This document shows positions 30,670-41,121 of a stretch of 64,000 nucleotides of DNA, piece after piece. Numbering within the stretch: the first letter of the stretch is position 1; every line of letters starts with the position of its first letter. Both the position numbers and the translations under genes were made by a program. The notes under the pieces were generated by a model. The model searched no databases and was not told the origin of the DNA. It was given only the letters and a program-made list of their open reading frames with translations. The stretch comes from an uncultured Acidimicrobiales bacterium (GTDB taxonomy: Bacteria; Actinomycetota; Acidimicrobiia; Acidimicrobiales; RAAP-2), in the NCBI GenBank assembly GCA_963841925.1, contig CAWJER010000005.1, positions 34,086-98,085 on the forward strand. The letters are read 5' to 3'.

Positions 30670-31046
30670 TGGCCGGCGCACCGGACGACCGCATCGAGCT
30701 GCGCGGGCTCCGCAGCGTAGGCACCCACGGCGTCCTGGCCGAGGAACAGGAGCGGGCCCAGCCCTTCGAGGTCGACCTGGACCTGTCCGTCGACCTGCGC
30801 CCCGCCGGTGGGTCGGACGCCCTGGCCGACACGGTCGACTACGGGGAGGTGGCGGCCGTCGTGGCGGCGGTCGTGTCGGGCCCCCGGTCGTTCGCCCTCC
30901 TCGAGGCCCTGGCCTGGCACGTGGCCGACGCCGTGCTCGACGTCGACCGCAGGATCGACGGGGTCGCCGTGACCCTCCGGAAGCTGCGGCCGCCCCTGGC
31001 CGTGGACATCGACACCGTCGGTGTGCGGGTGGTCCGCCACCGGTGA
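30669..31046 (+). CDS. folB: Dihydroneopterin aldolase
   Basis: IELRGLRSVGTHGVLAEEQERAQPFEVDLDL. 125 aa. Confidence 0.85.
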   Translation: MAGAPDDRIELRGLRSVGTHGVLAEEQERAQPFEVDLDLSVDLRPAGGSDALADTVDYGEVAAVVAAVVSGPRSFALLEALAWHVADAVLDVDRRIDGVAVTLRKLRPPLAVDIDTVGVRVVRHR

Positions 31047-31543
31047 CCGCACCGTCGCCGGCGGTGCCCACCGTGCGGGCGTTCCTGTCGATGGGGTCGA
31101 ACCTCGGTGACCGCACGACCCACCTCCGTCGGGCCGTGGACCAGCTCCGGGCGGGGAGCGACCCGGCGGTCACCGCCGTCTCCCGGGTCTACGAGACCGA
31201 GCCGATGGGCGGGCCAGACGACCAGGGTGCCTACTTGAACCTGGTGGTGGAGCTGGCCGTGGCGGCCGTCGACGATCCGTTCCGGCTGCTGGAGCAGTGC
31301 CACCGACTGGAGGCCGCCGCCGGCCGGGTGCGCACGGTGCGCTGGGGACCGCGCACGCTCGACGTCGACGTGATCTGGATCGACGGGGTCGTCGTCGACG
31401 ACCCCGAGCTGACCGTGCCCCATCCGCGGTGGCGCGAGCGGCGCTTCGTGCTGGCCCCCCTGGCGGAGCTGGCCCCGGACCTGGTCGGGCCGGACGACCT
31501 CGAGTCCGCTGGCGGCGAGGTGCGCGTCGTGGGTAGTGTCTAA
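31043..31543 (+). CDS. folK: 2-amino-4-hydroxy-6-hydroxymethyldihydropteridine diphosphokinase
   Basis: The GTG overlaps the folB stop. AFLSMGSNLGDR, RWGPRTLDVDV, PHPR. Confidence 0.85.
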   Translation: MTAPSPAVPTVRAFLSMGSNLGDRTTHLRRAVDQLRAGSDPAVTAVSRVYETEPMGGPDDQGAYLNLVVELAVAAVDDPFRLLEQCHRLEAAAGRVRTVRWGPRTLDVDVIWIDGVVVDDPELTVPHPRWRERRFVLAPLAELAPDLVGPDDLESAGGEVRVVGSV

Positions 31544-31610
31544 CCAGCAGTTCCTGGATTTCCTGATGCGAACGGCACCCTGCGGGGGCTGGAACGTCGA
31601 AAGGGGTCTC

Positions 31611-32432
31611 GTGACCACATTCCGTGTACTCGGACCGGGCCGTGCCGGCCGGTCGTTGATGGCAGCCCTGGTCGCTGTCGGTGGCTATCGCCCTGCGGGC
31701 GCCTGGGGGCGCGACCGGTCCCCGGTCGATGCCGCCCTGGGGGTGGACCTGCTGTTCATCGCCACCCCTGACGACGTGGTCGCCGACGTCGCCGCCGCCG
31801 TGCGCCCGCTCGACAGCACCGCCGTGATCCACCTGTCGGGCTCCCTCGGCCTCGACGTCCTGGCCGGTCACCCGAGGTGCGGGTCTCTCCATCCGCTGGT
31901 GCCGCTCCCCACGCCCGCCATCGGGGCGGAGCGCCTGCGCTCCGGCATCACGTTCGCCGTCGCCGGCGACCCGGCGGCCCGCGCTGTGGCCGGGGACCTG
32001 GGCGGCAACGTGGTGGAGGTGGCCGACACGGACCGCGCCGCCTACCACGCCGCGGCGGTGATCGCCGCCAACCACCTGGTGGCCCTCATGGGCCAGGTCG
32101 AACGTGTGGCTGCAACCACCGGACTCCCACTCGACGCCTTCGCCGGCCTGATGCGGGCGGCAACCGAGGACGCCCTGGCCCTCGGCCCGCGGTCGGCGCT
32201 CACCGGACCGGCGGTCCGGGGCGACTGGGAGACGGTGGAGCGACACCGGGCGGCGATCGCCGCCATGCCCGCCCACCGGACCGAGCTCGCCGGTTACGAC
32301 GCCATGGTGGCCATGGCCCGGCGACTCTCACTCGACACGGCGGACGACCTCGACCCCGCCGGTGCGGACGCACTGGGCGGGCCCGCGGTGCCCACCGAGG
32401 TGACGGGGGCCGTCACCGAGCAGGTGGCGTGA
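31611..32432 (+). CDS. Rossmann-like / DUF2520 domain protein (PanG-type ketopantoate-reductase-like)
   Basis: FRVLGPGRAGRSL dinucleotide fold. DUF2520-like C-terminus (YHAAAVIAANHLVAL...LTGPAVRGD). It lies directly upstream of panC. RBS aaagggg precedes the GTG at 31611. Confidence 0.6.
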   Translation: MTTFRVLGPGRAGRSLMAALVAVGGYRPAGAWGRDRSPVDAALGVDLLFIATPDDVVADVAAAVRPLDSTAVIHLSGSLGLDVLAGHPRCGSLHPLVPLPTPAIGAERLRSGITFAVAGDPAARAVAGDLGGNVVEVADTDRAAYHAAAVIAANHLVALMGQVERVAATTGLPLDAFAGLMRAATEDALALGPRSALTGPAVRGDWETVERHRAAIAAMPAHRTELAGYDAMVAMARRLSLDTADDLDPAGADALGGPAVPTEVTGAVTEQVA

Positions 32433-33334
32433 CCGTCGCCACGGCCCGGGTGGGTGCGGCCGCCACCGGTGCGGCAGTCGTCGACACCATGGCCGGGCTC
32501 TCGGCCCGGCTCGACGACGAGCGGCGCCAGGGTCGCTCCGTGGGCGTGGTGCTCACCATGGGCGCGCTCCACCGCGGGCACACCGCACTGGTGGGGCAGG
32601 CTGCGTCGGAGTGCGACACGGTGGCCGTCAGCATCTTCGTCAACCCCACCCAGTTCGCCGAGACCGCCGACCTGACCAACTACCCCCGCACGCTGGGTGC
32701 CGACGTCGACGCCGCCGGTGCGGCTGGGGCAGCGCTGGTGTTCGCGCCGACGGTCGACGAGATGTACCCGGGTTGGCCCTCTCCACCGGCGACCACGGTG
32801 TCGGTGCGGGGCCTGGCCGCACGGTGGGAGGGGGCGTCCCGTCCCGGCCACTTCGACGGTGTGGCCACCGTGGTGGTCAAGCTCCTGTCCGGTGCCGGGC
32901 GGTGCCGGACCTACTTCGGCGAGAAGGACTTCCAACAGCTCGCCGTCGTCCGCCGCGCCACCGCGGACCTGTCGCTCCCGGTCACGGTGGTCGGCTGTCC
33001 CACCGTCCGCGAGGCCGACGGCCTGGCCCTGTCGAGCCGGAACGTGCGCCTGGGCCCGGACGAGCGCGCCGCCGCACCGGTGCTGCACCGCGCCCTGTGC
33101 GTCGGTTCGGCGGTCCTGGCGGCCGGCGGTGACCGGGCCGCCGTCGAGCGGGCCATGGCGGCCGAGGTGGCCGCCGAGCCCCTCGTCGCCCTCGACTACG
33201 CCGCCCTGGTCGATGCCCGGGACCTCGAGCCGGCAGCCGACCTGGGGGACGACCGTCCCCTGCGTCTCCTGATCGCCGCCACCGTCGGACCCGTGCGGTT
33301 GATCGACAACCTCGACCCCCGGCGACCGTCATGA
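32429..33334 (+). CDS. panC: Pantoate-beta-alanine ligase
   Basis: TMGALHRGH (HxGH), YFGEKDFQQ, LALSSRN. The start is GTG 32429 or an internal ATG. Confidence 0.85.
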   Translation: MTVATARVGAAATGAAVVDTMAGLSARLDDERRQGRSVGVVLTMGALHRGHTALVGQAASECDTVAVSIFVNPTQFAETADLTNYPRTLGADVDAAGAAGAALVFAPTVDEMYPGWPSPPATTVSVRGLAARWEGASRPGHFDGVATVVVKLLSGAGRCRTYFGEKDFQQLAVVRRATADLSLPVTVVGCPTVREADGLALSSRNVRLGPDERAAAPVLHRALCVGSAVLAAGGDRAAVERAMAAEVAAEPLVALDYAALVDARDLEPAADLGDDRPLRLLIAATVGPVRLIDNLDPRRPS

Positions 33335-35049
33335 GCACGGTGCCCCCGGGGACGCTCGACGTCCTGGTCCTGGGCAGCGGGGTGGCCGGCCTGTCCGCCG
33401 CCGTCCGCCTGGCGGCACCGCTTCCGCCGGCGGGCGGAACCGCCGAGGGTGGGGACGGCCTGCGGGTCGGCGTCCTGACCAAGGCCGAGCTCTCCCAGTC
33501 CGCCACCCGCTGGGCCCAGGGCGGCGTGGCCGCCGTCCTCGGCGGCGACGAGGACTCGACCGACCTCCACCTGGCCGACACGTTGGCCGCCGGCGCCGGT
33601 CTGTGCGACGCCGACGCCGTCCGGGTGCTGGTCGACGAGGGGCCGACCCGGGTCCACGGGCTCATCGCCATGGGTGCGGTGTTCGACCGCCAGCCCGGTG
33701 GGGCACTGGCCCTCGCCCGGGAGGGTGGGCACTCCACGGCGCGGGTGGTCCATGCCGGTGGCGCCGCCACCGGTGCCGAGGTGGAACGGGCACTGGTGGA
33801 CGCCACCCGTGCTTCGGCGGCGGCAGTCCTCGAGGAGTGGTTCGCCCTCGACCTGGTGGTGGAGGGCGGACGGTGCCGTGGCGTCGTCGCCCTCAGCACC
33901 ACCGGAAGGTCGGTCGAGGTCCGTGCCACCCACACCGTGCTGGCCACCGGTGGTGCCGGCCAGGTGTTCTCGGTGACCACCAATCCGGCGGAGGCCACCG
34001 GCGACGGCCTGGCCATGGCCCTGCGGGCCGGCGTCGCCGTCGCCGACGTCGAGTTCATGCAGTTCCACCCGACCGCCCTCCACCACCCGGCCATGCCGAG
34101 GCCTCTGCTGTCCGAGGCCCTGCGGGGCCACGGGGCGCTGCTGCGCGACGCCCGGGGGGACCGGTTCGTGGACGAGCTCGCCCCGCGGGACGTGGTGAGC
34201 CGGGCCATGGCCGAGCGCATGCACGACCAGGGCGTCGACAGCCTGTGGCTGGACGCCACGGCGCTCGACTCGTTCGATGCCCGATTCCCGACCATCCGGG
34301 CGTCGCTGGCGGCGATCGGCCTGGACCCGTCGACCGACTGGCTGCCGATCGCCCCGGCCGCCCACTACCTGTCGGGGGGCGTGCTGACCGACCTGTGGGG
34401 GGCGACCGCACTGCCCGGGTTGTGGGCGGCGGGCGAGGTGGCCTGCACCGGCGTCCACGGGGCCAACCGCCTCGCCTCCAACTCGTTGCTCGAGGGCATG
34501 GTCTTCGGCGCCCGCCTGGCGGAGGCGATCCTCGGCGGCACCGACGGCCCGACCCCGACCGGCGTGCTGGCCCCGCTCCTCGACGGGCGTCTGGAGCCGG
34601 TCCCCCCGGGTGCGACCCACCGGACCGACGCCGCCGCGGCACCGCCGGACGACGGGGCGGCGTCGTGGCCCGACGTGACCAAGACCCGGGACCGGCTGCA
34701 GCGGGCGATGACCGACGGTGCGGGCGTGGTGCGCAGCGCCGACTCCCTCGCCCGTGCCGGGCGCACCGTGGCGACGGTGGCCGCCGCCGTCGGGTCGTCC
34801 CCGCCGGTCGACCGTGCCCACGGCGAGCTGGCCAACCTGGTGACCGCGGCGCGGGCCATCCTCGAGTCCGCCAACCTGCGAACCGAGACCCGGGGCGCCC
34901 ACGCACGCAGCGACTTCCCGCTCACATCGGACGACTGGCGGTGCCGCATCGTGCACGGCCACGGGTCGGGCACCGTCCCCGTCCACACCGGGCCCCGGTC
35001 CGGCACCTCCGGGCGGGGTCCCGGCGGCGTCGGCGGGGCACGGGCGTGA
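33331..35049 (+). CDS. nadB: L-aspartate oxidase
   Basis: VLVLGSGVAGLSAA FAD fold, RWAQGGVAA, HYLSGGV. The 572-aa ORF is intact. Confidence 0.85.
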   Translation: MSTVPPGTLDVLVLGSGVAGLSAAVRLAAPLPPAGGTAEGGDGLRVGVLTKAELSQSATRWAQGGVAAVLGGDEDSTDLHLADTLAAGAGLCDADAVRVLVDEGPTRVHGLIAMGAVFDRQPGGALALAREGGHSTARVVHAGGAATGAEVERALVDATRASAAAVLEEWFALDLVVEGGRCRGVVALSTTGRSVEVRATHTVLATGGAGQVFSVTTNPAEATGDGLAMALRAGVAVADVEFMQFHPTALHHPAMPRPLLSEALRGHGALLRDARGDRFVDELAPRDVVSRAMAERMHDQGVDSLWLDATALDSFDARFPTIRASLAAIGLDPSTDWLPIAPAAHYLSGGVLTDLWGATALPGLWAAGEVACTGVHGANRLASNSLLEGMVFGARLAEAILGGTDGPTPTGVLAPLLDGRLEPVPPGATHRTDAAAAPPDDGAASWPDVTKTRDRLQRAMTDGAGVVRSADSLARAGRTVATVAAAVGSSPPVDRAHGELANLVTAARAILESANLRTETRGAHARSDFPLTSDDWRCRIVHGHGSGTVPVHTGPRSGTSGRGPGGVGGARA

Positions 35050-35931
35050 CCGCGTCCACCGGGGACGGCTGGGAACCGGTCCTCGACCCGCCACGGGCCG
35101 CCGTGGTCGACGCCGTCACCCGGGCGATCGCCGAGGACGTCCTCCCGCTCGGGGACCTCACCGCCGGGCTGGTCGACGCAGGCCGCCGGGCGGTGGTGGA
35201 CGTGGTGAGCCGGGGCACGGTGTCGTGGCCGGTCGGGCCTGCGCCGTCGAGGCGCTCGCCCAGATCGATCCGGGGCTCTCGGTCACGTGGTCGCTGGCCG
35301 ACGGCGCCGAGGTGTGGCCGGGCTCGGTGGTGGCCACGATCGAGGGACCGCTGCGCTCGATCCTGACGGCCGAGCGGACGGTGCTGAACTTCCTCGGCCA
35401 CCTGTCGGGGGTGGCGACGCTGACCCGCGCCTACGTGGACGTGGTCCGGGCGGCCAATCCGGCGACCCGGGTCCTCGACACCCGCAAGACGACGCCGGGC
35501 CTGCGGTGCCCTGGAGAAGGCCGCGGTGCGGGCGGGCGGCGGCGTGAACCACCGCGGCAGCCTGTCCGAGGCGGTCCTGGTCAAGGACAACCACCTGGGC
35601 GGGGCGACGATCGCCGAGGCGGTGGCCCGGGCGCGCCGGATCGTGGCCGGGCCGGATGGTCGAGGTCGAGTGCGACCGCCTGGACCAGGTGCGCGAGGCG
35701 GTGGCGGCGGGCGCCACCGTGGTCATGCTCGACAACATGGGTCCCGAACAGGTGGGCGAGGCCGTCGCCGTCGTGCGGGGCGCCGGTTCGGACGCCCTGA
35801 TCGAGGTGTCCGGCGGCGTGACCCTCGCCACGGCGCCCGCGCTGGCTGCCGCCGGCGCCGACCTGCTGTCGGCCGGGGCCCTCACCCACTCCGCGCCGGC
35901 GCTCGACCTCGGGCTCGACCTCCGGGTCTGA
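35046..35931 (+). pseudogene. nadC: Nicotinate-nucleotide (quinolinate) pyrophosphorylase, three frameshifts
   Basis: The protein can be followed through four frames. 35046-approx. 35222: ...LTAGLVDAGRRAVVDVVSRGT. Then AGRACAVEALAQ...TAERTVLNFLGHLSG...TRKTTPGLR to approx. 35507. Then ALEKAAVRAGGGVNHRGSLSEAVLVKDNH to approx. 35645. Then VEVECDRLDQ...MLDNM...SGGV...GALTHS to 35931. Confidence 0.8.
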
Positions 35932-35981
35932 TCCCGCGGCTCCGCCGACGCCCGCACGACCGCCGCCAGGAAAGGAACCCC

Positions 35982-36806
35982 ATGCTGCTAGCCATCGACG
36001 TGGGGAACACCGATACCGTCGTCGGGCTGTTCGCCGACGACCCGGGTGCGCCGGTAGACGAGTCGGTACCCCGGGACGGGACCGAGCCGGTCGGCCTCGC
36101 CCACCACTGGCGCCTGTCGACGGTCGACGTGCGCACGGCCGACGAGCACGCGCTGCTCCTGACCCAGCTCCTCGACCTGAACGGGCTGGACATCGACGAC
36201 ACCATCACCGGGATCGCCGTCACGTCGTCGGTGCCCCTGGTGACGGCCAACCTTCGCCAGATGGCCAGCCCGGTGGTTCGACGTGCCCGCCGTGGTGCTC
36301 GAGCCCGGCGTCCGGAGCGGCATGCCGATCCTCTACGACAATCCGAAGGAGGTCGGTGCGGACCGGATCGCCAACGCCGTGGGTGCCTATGACCTGTTCG
36401 GCGGCCCGTGCGTCGTCGTCGACCTCGGGACGGCGACCACCTTCGACGCCATTTCGGCAGCGGGCGAGTACATCGGCGGGGCGATCACCCCGGGGGTCGC
36501 CATCAGCCTGGACGCCCTTTTCGCTCACGCCGCCGCCCTGCGACGGGTGGAGCTGGTCGAGCCGCGCAGCGTCATCGGCAAGTCGACCGTCGAGTCGATC
36601 CAGTCGGGTGCCCTCTACGGGTTCGCCGGACAGGTCGACGGGCTGTGCCGCCGGTTCACCGCCGTACTGGGCGAGTGCACCGTGGTGGCCACGGGCGGCC
36701 TGTCGAGCTGATCTCGCCCTACGCCGAGGAGATCGAGTACGTGGAGCCGTGGCTCACCCTCCACGGTCTCCGCATCATCTTCGAGCGCAACGTGGTGACG
36801 ACCTGA
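35982..36806 (+). pseudogene. coaX: Type III pantothenate kinase, two frameshifts
   Basis: RBS aggaaagga, then ATG 35982. MLLAIDVGNTDT...ANLRQMAS runs to approx. 36270. The next frame reads WFDVPAVVLEPG...DNPKEVGADRI...DLGTATTFD...VVATGGL to approx. 36703. The third frame reads ELISPYAEEIEYVEPWLTLHGLRIIFERN to 36806. Confidence 0.8.
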
Positions 36807-36849
36807 GCCCCGACGGCCCGGCCCATGTGCGCCCGTCGGACGGCCGCCC

Positions 36850-38020
36850 TCAGCCGAAGCGGACCCGACTGACCGACGACATCGAGCACCAGTAGACGGT
36901 GCCGTCGTGCCCCACGGAAGGAAACACGGTCGACTGCAGCGGACCCTCCGTGTCGGCCCGGACCAGCTCCTCGCCGGTGGCGATGTCGAGGGCGACGACC
37001 TGCTCGACGGGACCGCCCCCGGTCGTGGTCGCCGGTGACGACGACTCCCGGACCGGGAAGCAGCACCAGGTGGGAGGCGTGGTTCTGCCGCCGCCGCCAT
37101 TTCGGGGCCAGCGACCCGTCGGCGGCGACGTCGAAGGCCGCCATGACCCCGTTGCCGCTGTCGTAGGCGACGGCGACGACCGTTCGACGTCGATGAGCGG
37201 CGGGTTGGCGATCAGCCCGCCGGGGAGGCCACAGACCTCGGTGAGGGTGACCGCAGCGGTGGTGAGATCCACGCGGACCAGGTGCAGGGGGGCGGTGGCG
37301 ACCCCCCTGCCCTCGAACGACCCGTCGAAGCCGATCGTGCCGTCGCCGTCATCGAGGAACCAGGCCGCCCCCAGGGCCAGCACGCAGTCCCAGCCGTAGG
37401 ACTGTCCCTCCATGGTCCGATATGTGGCCCGGAACCCGTCGTCGGGGACGAACCGGCCGCCCTGCCAGGACACCCGGAGCAGGCTGGTGTCGCCGACGAC
37501 GTAGACCTCGTCCCCCTGTGCCGAGATCCGGGCGATCGACGGCTCGGGCAGGACACAGGAGTCGAGCACCGTCAGGGTCGCCGGGTCGAGGGCCACGAGC
37601 TCGCACGGGCGCGATCCTCGGGGGCGACCGGAGCGGTGGGACGGGAGCCGGCGAAGTCCTTGGTGACCAGGGTGCCGTCGGGCAGGACCACGAAGCCGTT
37701 GTAGGGGCGCCTTCGGGGGAGCTCGGCCGAGGCAAGCACCTCGAGGTCGGCCCCGAGCCGGTGGGCGTGGTGGCCGAACACGACGTGCAGCGATCCGTTC
37801 CCGTGGGCGGCGATGCTCCCGGGCCACATGGCGCCACCGGGGAGGTCGACCGACCGGGCGAGGGGCTCCAGCGTGTCGGGGTCGATGCGCTCGACGAACG
37901 AGACGGCGTCGTCGCCCAGGGTGTGGCGCAGGAGGAAGACCTCCCCGGGCCGCGGGTCACGGCCATGGTGACCAGGGGGTCGGTCCGGGTGCGGACGTCG
38001 ACCGGGGTGCCGGCCACCAC
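36850..38020 (-). pseudogene. Hypothetical protein, at least four frameshifts
   Basis: A coherent non-Arg-rich reading can be followed across three frames: VAGTPVDV...TRGPG | EVFLLRHTLGDDAVSFVERIDPD...VTKDFAG... | CELVALDPATLTVLDS...LIDVER | VVAVAYDSGNGVMAAFDVAADGSLAPKW...TGDHDRG | GPVEQVVALDIATGEEL...VYWCSMSSVSRVRFG. Junctions lie near 37944, 37608, 37180 and 37016. I could not assign a family. Confidence 0.5.
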
Positions 38021-38122
38021 GGTGGGCAGCGTCCCCCCGCCCCCGGGTTCTGCAGGCGCCGGGGCCCGCCGTCCTCGGCCGGCCAGGGGCCGGGCCAGTA
38101 GGGGGCGAGCCCGGGTCGGGGC

Positions 38123-39679
38123 TCACACCGGCGCCTCGAGGGCCAGTCGCTCGGACCTGACCTCGGGCTGGGAGTCCCACAGATCGGCGACGAGGTCGTC
38201 GCGCAGGGGCCGGGCGGAGGGGTCGTCCCAGCGGTTGACCCGCTGGAGCGGGTCGTCGGTCAGGTCGTAGAGCTCGCCCTCGGTCCCGTCGTGGCTGGTT
38301 CCGGGCAGGTACGTCGTGACGACCCACCGGTCCCGCATCATGGTGCGCAGGTGGACGTCGGTCCCGAACAGCTCGCTGTCCCACTCGGTGAGCACCTTCT
38401 CGAAGCCCCGGGCGTCGGCATCGGCGTCGTCGACCGGGAGCGGCTCGCCCTGCATCCACCCGGGGGGCTCGATGCCGGCGATGGCGCAGAACGTGGGCGC
38501 CAGGTCGACGAGGCCGACCGGACGGCTCACGACCGAGGCGGCGGGCGGGTCACCCGCCCGGGTCGAGGGCGCCGGGCGCCACACCAGCGGGAGCCGCATC
38601 AGGGCGTCCACGTGGTACGGGCCCTTGAACAGGAGGCCGAAGTCGCCCTGGAGCTCGCCGTGGTCGGTGGTGAACACGACGTCGACGTCGTCGGCCCAGC
38701 CCCGCTCGGCGATGCGGTCGAGCACCCGGCCCAACGCCTCGTCGATGAGCTCGACCTCCACCGCATTGCGGGCGTTCACCTCGCGGACCTGGTCGGCGGT
38801 CAATGTGGCCGGGACCCAGTCGGCCGGCGCCTCGTAGTTGGAGACCAGCGTGCCGTCGTACCAGGCCCGCCAGTGGCGCGGCTTGCCGTCGATGACGCCC
38901 TCACGGGTGGCCCGGTCCTCGGGGTAGCCGGCAGGCAGGGGCACGTCGCGCCAGTCGACCCGTCCGACCTCGGACTCCGGTGGGTCCCACGGATGGTGGG
39001 GGTCAGGGAAGCTCATCCAGCAGAACCAGTCCTCGTCGGCCGCCACGGAGTCGAGCCAGGCGATCGTCCGGTCGGCGACCCAGTCGGTGTGGTAGATCCC
39101 GCGGTCGATGGGGTTGACCTTCACCTGGGGGGCGCCGGTGTCACCGCCCGCGGCCGCGCTGACCTGCAGCGAGTCGTCGATGGCGCGGCAGTACATGCCG
39201 AGCGCCTCGGGGTGCTCCCTCAGCAGCCACTGGCAGTAGTGCAGCGGGCCCATGGCCCCGTGGGACGCGGTCTCGAGGTGCTCGAACCCACGCCGGGAGC
39301 CGCCGTGGGGCGTGGTCCCCTCGGTGGAGAGCAGGTTCTCCTCGAAGCGGAGGAACGGATCGAAGTAGGGCTCGAAGTGGGCCTTCCCGACGAGTGCCGT
39401 GCGGTACCCGGCCTGGCGCAGGACCTCGGCCACCGACGGTGCGTCGCCCGGCAGCGGGACGCCGTTCATCCACACGCCGTGGGTACTCGGATGCTGGCCG
39501 GTCAGGATGGTCGAGCGCGACGGCATGCACACCACCGACTGGGGATGTGCCCGGTCGTACCGGACGCCCTCGGCCGCCAGCCCGTCGATGACCGGTGTGC
39601 GCGACAGGGCGCCACCGTTGCAGGCGAGCGTGTCGTAGCGCTGCTGGTCGGTGGTGACCAAGAGGATCTTGCGGCCCAT
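38123..39679 (-). CDS. Sulfatase-family (arylsulfatase-like) enzyme
   Basis: VVCMPSRSTILTGQHP (CxPxR formylglycine motif) and LLVTTDQQRYD. The 518-aa ORF is intact. Confidence 0.85.
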   Translation of the reverse strand: MGRKILLVTTDQQRYDTLACNGGALSRTPVIDGLAAEGVRYDRAHPQSVVCMPSRSTILTGQHPSTHGVWMNGVPLPGDAPSVAEVLRQAGYRTALVGKAHFEPYFDPFLRFEENLLSTEGTTPHGGSRRGFEHLETASHGAMGPLHYCQWLLREHPEALGMYCRAIDDSLQVSAAAGGDTGAPQVKVNPIDRGIYHTDWVADRTIAWLDSVAADEDWFCWMSFPDPHHPWDPPESEVGRVDWRDVPLPAGYPEDRATREGVIDGKPRHWRAWYDGTLVSNYEAPADWVPATLTADQVREVNARNAVEVELIDEALGRVLDRIAERGWADDVDVVFTTDHGELQGDFGLLFKGPYHVDALMRLPLVWRPAPSTRAGDPPAASVVSRPVGLVDLAPTFCAIAGIEPPGWMQGEPLPVDDADADARGFEKVLTEWDSELFGTDVHLRTMMRDRWVVTTYLPGTSHDGTEGELYDLTDDPLQRVNRWDDPSARPLRDDLVADLWDSQPEVRSERLALEAPV

Positions 39680-39815
39680 CAGCGGGCTCCTTTCGGGCGG
39701 CCCGACAGGTGCGGGGCGACGGGGACAGGGGGTCGGTGTTCGCCGGGGGAGCGGCGTGGGCTGGGGAGCGGGTCGGGGAGCATGGATGCGGGAGGGGTGC
39801 CGGTGGGGGGCCCGC

Positions 39816-40226
39816 TCATGGGATCCGGTCGACGCCGAGCAGCCCCGGCAGGTGGCCGAGCGCGGCGCGCGCCGCCCCGCTGATGACGAGGGCCAGTACG
39901 GCGGGCTCGGCGTCGACGCTGTAGACGGTCAGGCACGTCCCGTCGTGCAGGTCATGCACGTCGATCGTGCTCAGGTGCTCGACGAACAGCGGTGCGGTGA
40001 TCCGGTACTGGAACCGACGGAGGTTGTTGTCGATGGTGAGCATCCGCTCGGGCATGGGCAGGCCCGAGCGGGTCTGGACGGTGCGCTCGTCGCCGACGAT
40101 GACGCAGGAGTCGATGCCCTCCCACCACTCGGTGAGCCGTTCGGGGGCGCCGACCACGTCCCAGACGGTGTCGGGCGGGCAGTCGAGGTGGATGGCGTGG
40201 CGCATGCTGCCGCGTCGGGCGGTCAT
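39816..40226 (-). CDS. SRPBCC (START/polyketide-cyclase-like) family protein
   Basis: RBS ggagga, then ATG 40226, which overlaps the TetR stop (ATGA). 136 aa: MTARRGSMRHAIHLDCPPDTVWDVVG...RFQYRI... Confidence 0.6.
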   Translation of the reverse strand: MTARRGSMRHAIHLDCPPDTVWDVVGAPERLTEWWEGIDSCVIVGDERTVQTRSGLPMPERMLTIDNNLRRFQYRITAPLFVEHLSTIDVHDLHDGTCLTVYSVDAEPAVLALVISGAARAALGHLPGLLGVDRIP

Positions 40227-40870
40227 CGGGTTCCTCCGGGGGAGAGCAGGACGGACAGGGCCCGGGCGACCACGGACCTCGCCCCGGGGACGGTGAACCC
40301 CTGGTCGTCGATGAGCAGCTGGTAGGACTCGAAGGTGGTGAGGATGTCGGCCGAGGCGAGGGCCCACTCCGCCCGCCCGTCGCCCATGGCTTCGAGCTCG
40401 CCGCCGAACAGCGAGCGGAGCTGTCCGCGCAGGAAGCGTCGGTTGTCGGCCAGGGACTCGGCCAACCGGGGCTGGAACGGGGCTCGCAGGCGGGACACGT
40501 GGGCGGCCTGCCCGACGGCCGCGAACAGTCGAAAGCGCTGGTCGACCAGGGCCGCCACCCGGTCCTCGAAGGGGGCCGTCGGGTCGGCGTCCACCTGCAC
40601 AAGGGGCAGGGCCCGGGCCAGTTGGCGGCTGACGGCCTCGCCGGCCAGGTCGTCGGTGTCCTCGAAGTACCGGAAGAGCGAACGCGGTGAGATCCCGGCC
40701 CGTTCGGCGATCTCGTCGGTCCCTGGACGGAGGTTCCCCTCCTGGTAGAGGTCGAGGAGTGCGTCGACGACGGCCTCGCGGTTGATGGCTCTGCGCAGGC
40801 GGCGGCCGTCGGTCTCGGTCGTCGCGCCGTCGGCCCTGTCCGGACGCGACCGGCCGGCGACTTCGGTCAT
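40223..40870 (-). CDS. TetR-family transcriptional regulator
   Basis: HTH region GTDEIAERAGISPRSLFRYFEDTDDL. ATG at 40870; the upstream part of ORF 40223..41029 is filler. Confidence 0.8.
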   Translation of the reverse strand: MTEVAGRSRPDRADGATTETDGRRLRRAINREAVVDALLDLYQEGNLRPGTDEIAERAGISPRSLFRYFEDTDDLAGEAVSRQLARALPLVQVDADPTAPFEDRVAALVDQRFRLFAAVGQAAHVSRLRAPFQPRLAESLADNRRFLRGQLRSLFGGELEAMGDGRAEWALASADILTTFESYQLLIDDQGFTVPGARSVVARALSVLLSPGGTR

Positions 40871-41121
40871 CGACCGCCGTCCCCGGTGGCGGCCAGGCAG
40901 CGGGTTCCCACGGTTCGCGGACCCGCCCGGTGCCCGGGGACGACCGGTGCCGACGGCTGGCTCGGGACGGGTACCCCCCAGGAGTGGATGAGGTGGGCCA
41001 CGTCGACGTCGGGCTGCACGGGACCTCACTTCGGTGGGGAGTTGACCGCCGGGCCGCTCCCGGAGCCGGCCGCTGCGCCCGCCCCGGCCGGCGCTGGCGC
41101 TGGCGCTGGCAGGTCAGGATA

